Shown: positions 55,757 to 64,000 of the stretch, in pieces | Numbering within the stretch: the first letter of the stretch is position 1 | Layout of the letters: each line of letters begins with the position of its first letter | Translations under genes and position numbers: made by a program | Source of the DNA: Eledone cirrhosa | Lineage: Eukaryota | Direction: 5' to 3' | NCBI GenBank assembly: GCA_964016885.1 | Contig: OZ024742.1 | Coordinates: forward strand, 86,552,001 to 86,616,000 | DNA length: 64,000 nt | Notes under the pieces: generated by a model | Told to the model about the DNA's origin: nothing | What the model saw: only the letters and a program-made list of their open reading frames with translations | Databases searched by the model: none

Positions 55757-56603
55757 TTCTTTGAGACTCAGTCATTGATGTTATTTAACTGGAAAGTTTG
55801 TTGAAATGAATATCAAGCCACTACCTGCAGCCTCAAATATTCAGGACGTATCGGAGGGTTCTTGCTGTTACCAGCAAGCATGCCTTTTGAATTTTCCAAA
55901 AAGCGGGGCGGGACCAACTTTCTTTAACCATCCTTGGAAACTCTTTGAGATCGTTCCTAGTGCGCCTCTGACAATCGGGACTACTTTGACTTCATGGCAG
56001 TTCCAAATCCTTTTTACCTCCCACTTTAAGTCCTGGTATCGGTTAATTTTCTCCCTCTTCTTGTCCAAAACCACCAGGTCTGATCTATTGTGTTCCAGTT
56101 TCTTGTCCACCTGTATCCTAAAATCCCACAGCACCTTCACCTGATCGTTTTCTCTCACCGACTGTGGCTTATGCTCATACCACTTCTCAGAATGTCGTAA
56201 ATTGTTTACTCTGCATACGTACCTGGCCATTACATCATGTCTCCAGCCTTTATAGTGAGTCTGGGCTAGGTGTTTACACTCGGATACACTGTGAGTCACC
56301 GTCTCCTCTCTCTCTCCACAGATCCTACACAGTGGGCTAGCCTCCTTCTTATAAATATGGTGTTTCAGCCACGTCGTTTTGAGGGCCTGCTCTTGCGCAG
56401 CCATTAGCATTCCTTCTGTAGCCTTTTTAAGGTCTCCTCTTTTCAACCAGTTCCATGTCTGTGGATCTCTAAATTCAGTTTTCTCAAATAAGGTACTATG
56501 AAGGGATTTTTCATGAAGGTTTCTCTTTCTCCTTGTTGTTATTTCCTCCTTGGACATCCCGTGGTCTATTGTTCTCTCCTTCAGTACAATTCTGAGCATT
56601 GGC
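55757..56603 (-). mobile_element. 5'-truncated R4/Dong copy
   Basis: ORF 55868-56599 (-) matches the C-terminus of the array protein; the 3' UTR ends in (AAT)n. Confidence 0.92.
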
Positions 56604-56761
56604 TCTCTTCTCTGGGTGGTTTTGGGCTGCCCTTTCTAGCAGCTAGTCCCTCAGTGTCCACTGGTTCACTGCCCTTAAACACGCTGTGACTTCTCTCTCC
56701 CATGTGTAGTTGGACGGCCGCTTTAAAAATTCTCTTAGTGTTGTCTGAAATGTATAGCCTA

Positions 56762-56839
56762 ACACGCTGATGAACCTGGGTTATTTCATTTCCGTGAACA
56801 ACTCACTGGCGAAACAGATCACTTTGGATTTGTACGTGT
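56762..56839 (+). ncRNA. Canonical type I hammerhead ribozyme
   Basis: Stem I ACACG/CGTGT; CTGATGA; extended stem II (CC/GG, TGGGTT/AACTCA, TTCA/TGAA); GAAA; stem III ACAGATC/GATTTGT with a 6-nt loop; predicted GUA cleavage after 56834. Confidence 0.85.
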
Positions 56840-57299
56840 GTTATATAGTTATAGAGGTAATTATATACGCTTTACTTTATATTTTTAATTATCCTGTCTA
56901 TATTCTGCCTTTCATAGGTTATAGATTCCATACACTCTTGGTTTTTCCCTGTTCTATTGATGGCGCACTGTATCTCTCTCTAGTGTATTAACTTTTCAAC
57001 ATATTGTATTTTCAAGTGCCCAGGATTTCTTCTCCTTTGAGCACATTATTTACAGGGAACCACGAGAGTCTATGGCTCCGTTAATGTATCGTGGTATATA
57101 TATATATATATATATATATATACCGTCTCTCCCACCTGTGACATCAATTTATCTAACAATTTTACACCTGCGATGCAGCGACGTGACCTTAGGAATAAGG
57201 GCAACTAGGCCTCTCCTGGTGTTTATGGTATTATGTACCAGCTTCTCAATTGTGGTAGGTACTGCATTATGCACCAGCTTTAACTCATCTTAACAACGG

Positions 57300-58560
57300 T
57301 GGTACTCTGGACCAGCGAAAATCTGCCAGTGTCATTTCTCTATTAAAAAATGCTTACCACACGTCGCCTCAACTCTCGTCCAATCATTCTTACTAGATGC
57401 ATTGCCAAACTGGTGCAATCCGGTGTCAGAGAAACACACTGGGACTTCTAGAATTCTCACAGTCTTATCCGGCCCTCGTAATTTGGATCAATTTATCGAG
57501 TTTCTTGAAGACATCACCCGGATCACTGATGGTGTCTCATGGGTGGATGTTGTTTACTTTGACGTTGCTAAAGCTTTTACATCTGTGCCACACAATAGTC
57601 TTATGGCAAAATTATCTGCAATGGGTGTGAAACTGATATTTTAAACTGGTTGAAGTGATTCATTCTCAGTCACATTACTAGGACAGCCTACGTCACAGTA
57701 TGAAATGTCATCTAGTGTACCACAGGGATCTGTGCTTTGTCCCCTTTTGGTTGTTGTATATATTAATGACATTGATGACAAGTTAACTAATGCCACATTA
57801 CAGAAATATGCAGATGACATCAGACAGTACGTTGTGATAAAAAGGACAGATCATGAACATTATAGAACTTTCCTACAATCAGACATGGACACAGTGTAGC
57901 AATGGACCATGGACTGGCAAGTCAATCTGGCTGTGGGTAACTGTACTACCATGCATTTTGGGAGGAAAACCCAGCGTCCATATACTCTCTCCACAACATT
58001 AATCCAACATAAATACCAATATTTCTTCTTGTAAAGGTGACCTAGGCATAACTGTCCGCAGCATTTCGCGTTGGATAAAGCACATCTTTAAAATTGTCAT
58101 GTAAACCGAGGGGGTTTTGGCATCCCTCAGTTAGACCTTTGTCAGCCACTCTCCAGCTATATATTTAAAGCTGGAACCCCTATCTTGCTGACAACATAGA
58201 CTTCCTTGAAACTGTTCAGAGAAGTGCAACCAAGCGAATACCCTGCATCAAGTCTCTAGCATACTCTGAATGTACTGCTTCCCTGGGCATGGACACATTG
58301 AAGCTCCGACGTCTGGCAGCTGACTTGGTAAACACCCACTAAAATATTAACCATCTTGCCAACAACAACCCTGAGCACCCTTTTGAATTACATGTGTCTA
58401 ACAACGTGGGCATGCCTGCAAAACCCGAAAACAGCACAGCCCTTATGACTTTCGGAAACATTTTTTCACGCTCAGAGTTGCTGAAGCATGGAACAAACTA
58501 CCTGCCTCAGTTGTTAGCTTCCGAGACACTGCATCATTACAAACCTCCATGCTTCCTGAA
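57300..58560 (+). mobile_element. CR1-clade LINE, decayed RT to 3' region
   Basis: VDVVYFDVAKAFTSVPH, VPQGSVLCPLL..YIND, KYADD, LETVQRSATK. Confidence 0.85.
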
Positions 58561-58671
58561 ATTCGACAATACTACACATGATATCCCCCTCCATACACAC
58601 GCAGATATGTATATCATGACACTTATACTATTCACTTTCCTGACATTTCCATCATACATACGTCTCTTTAC

Positions 58672-59146
58672 GGTCTGAGTTCAAATCCCACCGAGATTAA
58701 CTTTGCCTTTCATCCTTACAGGGTCGATAAAATAAAGTAACAGTAATGTACAGGGAAATTGCTGGCCTTGTGCTAAATGTAGAAACAATTATTCTATGTA
58801 CTATACGTGCAGCTTTGATGAGTTGTAGTGCAGCTGAGCATAGTACACAACATTGTAATTATTTTAGCAGTATCTGTAGAGGGTCGGACGCCATGCTTTG
58901 CAGCGAAGAGTTACGTCCCTTTATGGTTCACACCCCGCCGAGGTTAACTTTGCCTTTCATCCTTACAGGGTCGATAAAATAAAGTACCACTAATGCACTG
59001 GTTAATTGATGGCCTTGTGCCAAAAGTAGAAATAATTATCATTCCCGCCGAGGTTGACTTTGCCTTTCATCCTGACGGGGTCGATAAAATAAAGTACCAG
59101 TAATGCACTGGTTAATTGCTGGCCTTGTGCCTAACGTAGAAACAAT
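58672..59146 (+). mobile_element. Cluster of three tRNA-derived SINE copies (58672-58789, 58864-59038, 59045-59146)
   Basis: Three direct copies of the CTTTGCCTTTCATCC..GGTCGATAAAATAAAGTA core. Confidence 0.85.
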
Positions 59147-59476
59147 TATTATTATCTACGTTAATACATTAAAAGGCATCAAACGGTCACGAGATTTCTT
59201 CTTGAAAAATGAGTGAAGCTGCCTAGACGCTATTTCCAAGTAGAATTATATATGAGTTCATTTTAGTAGGAGCAGTCTAAAATCGTTTATCCATTATGGA
59301 AAGTAAAAAAATAAATAATGTACTCTTAAGAAAAGTATTTAATTTGTTGACAGATATGTTGAAACAAATTTCATACTGATAATATATAATTAATAATTAA
59401 AATACTTTACTACACATATATGAATGCAGATACCTGGTACACATACACATTCACACACTCACACATACACATATTG

Positions 59477-59531
<55 letters not shown>

Positions 59532-60563
59532 TCTATTTTTCTCGCTGAGTATATCACCCACTTGCCAATAAAACGTTATTTTCCGATTCGTTACCCTTAT
59601 TTCCATTGTATATATATATATATATATATAGTATGTTTATATACGTTTTCATATAGAACGCTATTATGCTTAAAAGCTTTTCTAGTGCTACTACCAACTT
59701 CACATAACCAGCCAAGCTTGCAATATATGGAATTAACCCTTTCTAACCGATGTTTATTTTTGGTACTTTTATGTAAATGAACATCATAAGCAAGTGATCT
59801 TCACGCAAAATTATACTTTGTGGGGAACATTCATCGTCAAAACTACGGAGATCCATTCCACTGCTACATCTTCTTTGAGTCGAATATTTCGATTCCTGGT
59901 TGAATCTAATTCTATTTAATGCCATTGTGTTTCGAGCGAATGTCACTGATAAAAGATTAAGAAATCTTGAAATACCATTGAATTATATTACGGGAACCTA
60001 CAGACAAATCGGTAATATAAACGTATTATATGTTTATATATAATTCTATATACACCTCTAGTATGCATAAACGCTTTCATAGTGCTACCACCTCCCCCAC
60101 CCCCGCAAAACAAGGACAAGATGAAGTAGATGCTTATAAGAAAGAAGAAGAGGTACAAAAGAGAAATGTTGGTCATTGAGTAGTTCGGAGAATTTGCAAT
60201 AAAAATAAAGATAAAATTAATATTATATGGTGCATGTGTTTCTATTTAATGGCAATAGTGACACCATGACCATCCGCAGGTATAAGAATATCGGTCTCGA
60301 CATACGATCTCAGGTCTCGAATTACGGAGAATAAATAAAATGAAACGTATATATATATACGTTTTATTTTTATTTTTTTAAATTTATTATATATATATAA
60401 GAATGGATATTAGTAAAATCGAAGTTGTGTCGCTCGGCCAGCTCCCACGAAAAACCAATTTGGAGCTTTCATGAAGATACACACACACACACACACGCAC
60501 ACGCACACACATACACACACAAACACACACACACACACATACACGCACACACACACATACACG

Positions 60564-60621
<58 letters not shown>

Positions 60622-61379
60622 TACACAGACATATAGCTGTTTGTGCGTGTATCCGTGTGTGTTTAAATAATCGTGAAATATTGTTTCTCTTAAATGGTGG
60701 GGAATAAGCAATGATAAATGTTGTAGTTTTTACAATAGTGATGAATTATCTAAAGCGTACGCGCTGCTTGAAAATTTGCAATTTCAAATTAACCCACATA
60801 GTGTTTGATATACTGGATAGCTTACTTTCCGATAACAGAAACGAATTCTGTTGCTAAATGATGATGGTCATGCTGTAGAACGAAACGATATAACCAATCC
60901 CTTAAATGTCAAAGACGGAAAAAACGGTTGAGCGATGCCGATAAACACAACAATAAGCAAAATATATAGTAACTGTTATTATCTCTTATAAGAATTTTTT
61001 TTTCTCTCCACCTGGACAATTTCTCTACAAGTGGAGGCTGGGGGTAAAGTCTCTTTTTATGGGCGGCCAGTAGTTGTTCATGAATGGATATCTTTTCGAC
61101 ATTGATCAAAGAATATGGCAAGACCCTATAAAGCTTGACGCATGGATTGTTAGAGGTTTGTTCGGAAGAAAGCAAAGAGCTTGAACAAATATCACAATGA
61201 ATATAGCCCGACTCTCTCTTACCTGATACATTTAGAAATGATAACCGTGGTGTGGATTACATAGCATTCATATTCTATTGAGCAATTAGTAGATAATTTG
61301 TTCATGCATTTGTGAGTGAGTTTATAGTGTCTGACAAGTGCAATATTTACAAATAATTAGTGTATGCTTTACTTTTCTT

Positions 61380-61790
61380 CGGCGTTGTTCGCACGTTTCT
61401 GTTCCAATAATCGCAGATCGAGCTAACTCAGACCGTCTATCCGACTTCAATGACGAGCAAATAATTTTGTGAGCTGGTCGAATCCGACCCAAGTCATACA
61501 TCATTTCTACTCTCCAAATTGTTTGGGGAATCAAAAACAACTATCCTGAAGTATTTGCATGCAATAGGAAAGTTGCCAAAGTCGGATGATGAGTGCCCCA
61601 CACACTGACTGACCGTAATCGTATAGGTCGGGCGGCAGCTACGATGTCTCTGTTCTGTCATCGAACAAGAATCTCCTTGCAATTCATTGTCACTGGTGAT
61701 GAAAAATATTATCTCTACATAAATGTAAAGGGTAAGCAGTACTGGGTTGTGTAGAGCGTGTTCCACAAGCAGAAACTAGTCATGACCATC
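61380..61790 (+). mobile_element. Decayed mariner transposase fragment
   Basis: YLHAIGK...VPHTLTDRNR..R...IVTGDEKY.LY.N (cf. WVPHEL, TGDEKW). Confidence 0.7.
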
Positions 61791-61820
61791 GCTAAGCCAG
61801 ACACAGATTATATATATATG

Positions 61821-61949
<129 letters not shown>

Positions 61950-61979
61950 AGATCAAAAGATGGTTAAAAGAGTTCCATG

Positions 61980-62050
61980 TATTTTATTATGCGCATTTCA
62001 AAAACAAATATCATCATGCAATAATATTTGTGTTTTCATCAGATAAAATA
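61980..62050 (-). ncRNA. Hammerhead ribozyme (left arm)
   Basis: Reverse complement of 63236-63306, essentially identical. Confidence 0.85.
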
Positions 62051-63235
62051 GGAAGACATGATATGAAGGTTAAAAAATACTTGTGAATAGTGCAATTTTA
62101 AATCAACATATGAAAAGTAGTTTTAGATTGATGTGTGATATTGGGAAAACAAATGTTTGAGGGGGGGGGGGATGAACAAGAGGAGGAGAGGAAAGTAAAA
62201 AGTGGAGGGGGAGGAGTATAATGAGGAAGGATGAGATAGGAGGAGAGATGGGTGATAGAGAGAGAGATATAGCTTTTATAACTGAGAAAAATATATTGTT
62301 TTACATAGAGAGGTTGAAAAACCATTGGAAGATAATGAATAAATTAAAAGAATTTGAAAATTAACGAAGAGAAAAATAATGTAAAGTTAAGGTTTGTATA
62401 TTGAAGGGTTTAATAATATGTGCGATGAAAAGAAAATGTTAATATGTATTAAGAATAATATTTAAGGGTTTAATAATATGTGCGATGGAAAGAAAATGTT
62501 GATATGTATTATTAAAAAAACACAAGTAATGTAAGTAAGGATATATTGTGGTACCTTTTCTCACTGTGCCTAACATTGAAACAATTATTACACAATACAA
62601 TATATTCTTACTTTATATCACCTTGAAAAAATCCTTCGTAAACATTAACATTTTTTTTGACGTTAGATTATTCATCCTCAATTCATTATTTGTTCTCCCT
62701 TTCATCTAACTTACTCATGCTCATCTCACAATATATCCTTACTTACATTACTTGTGTTTTTTTAATAATACATATCAACATTTTCTTTCCATCACACATA
62801 TTATTAAACACTTAAATATTATTCTTAATACATATTAACATTTTCTTTTTATCGCACATATTATTAAACCCTTCAATATACAGACCTTAACTTTACATTA
62901 TTTTTCTCTTCGCTAATTTTCAAATTCTTTTAATTTATACATTATCTTCCAACGGTTTTTCAACCTCTCTATGTAAAACAATATATTTTTCTCAGTTATA
63001 AAAGCTATATCTCTCTCTCTATCACCCATCTCTCCTCCTATCTCCTCTTTCCTCATTATACTCCCCCCTCCACTTTTTACTCTCATCTCCTCCTCTTTTT
63101 CATCCTTTCCAACCTCCCCCCCCCCCTCAAAAAATGTTTTCCCAATATCACACATCAACCTAAAACTACTTTTCATATGTTGATTTAAAACTGCACTATT
63201 CACAAGTGTTTTTTAACCTTCATATCATGTCTTCC

Positions 63236-63306
63236 TATTTTATCTGATGAAAACACAAATATTATTGCATGATGATATTTGTTTTTGAAATGCGCATAAT
63301 AAAATA
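63236..63306 (+). ncRNA. Hammerhead ribozyme (right arm)
   Basis: Stem I TATTTTAT/ATAAAATA; CTGATGA; stem II ACAAATATTATT/GATGATATTTGT; GAAA; palindromic stem III ATGCGCAT; predicted AUA cleavage. Confidence 0.87.
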
Positions 63307-63429
63307 CATGGAACTCTTTTAACCATCTTTTGATCTTATATATTATGTATACTCCAGTCCTACAAACTGTAGAGTGCTTCTTATCCGATATCTGCATTGC
63401 TTTATCGTACTACAATAAAACTCACCTCC

Positions 63430-63476
<47 letters not shown>

Positions 63477-63601
63477 TGATACACATATATATACATACAC
63501 ATATATATACATATATATATATATATATAGATAGATATAGATAGATAGATATATTTAGTTATGTAATAAACAACATAAGATAATTATTTCATTTACCAAT
63601 T

Positions 63602-63661
63602 TTTTTCATTTACCAAATTATTTCAGCAACCAAAATTCCTTTCATTCATCAGAATGAAAAA
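63602..63661 (-). ncRNA. Degenerate hammerhead-like motif
   Basis: Minus strand TTTTTCATT-CTGATGA...GAAA...GTA-AATGAAAAA: 9-bp stem I and both core boxes present, but stems II and III are weak. Confidence 0.45.
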
Positions 63662-64000
63662 CTCCTGGTCTCTTTATTGACAGTGGATTTGAAAAACAAA
63701 AATATAACAGATATCAAAGTGAGGCTGGACGATAAAAAAGGGGTGGGGAATAATAAATAAGAATATATAACAACACACACGTACACACACACACACGTAC
63801 ACAGGCACACACACTCACATATACACACATATATACATATGTATATGTATGTGTCGTGCGTTCTAATATTGCAAAACTAAAGCTCCAATTCCAAGCTGTT
63901 ATTCAATATCTAGAATATAAAAACAGTAATTAGTCTTGAAGAAATATAACAATAATATTTGTAAGAAAAGAAAGATATGCAATAAAACAAAGTTATATTG

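Noticed and set aside
60750-61230. Possible mariner C-terminal remnant on the minus strand
   Set aside because: Only a vague resemblance (KLSRW...DNNSYY); not enough to call.

Overview
AT-rich, microsatellite-dense eukaryotic (animal) DNA made almost entirely of transposable elements. No host protein-coding gene can be supported. The SINE family and the (TA)n/(AAT)n density suggest a cephalopod or other mollusc (inference). Contents: (1) a head-to-tail array of R4/Dong-clade RT+RLE non-LTR retrotransposons joined by (AAT)n tracts (~0.9-14.8 kb; two near-identical 4.25 kb copies with 1040-aa ORFs), plus two minus-strand copies at 49 and 56 kb; (2) a full-length decayed Tx1/L1-type element inside an (ATT)n tract between those two copies; (3) several Penelope-like elements (Naiad-like and Neptune-like, RT + GIY-YIG) with inverted pseudo-LTRs; (4) about a dozen hammerhead-ribozyme motifs from several unrelated families, read directly from the sequence, including one fully canonical type I hammerhead, one with a ~90-nt stem II, and an ORF-less palindromic element carrying one on each arm; (5) mariner, RTE, CR1 and CRE remnants, tRNA-derived SINEs and a ~2.7 kb foldback-like structure. 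Family assignments come from motif recognition only; no database search or folding program was run, and many boundaries are approximate.
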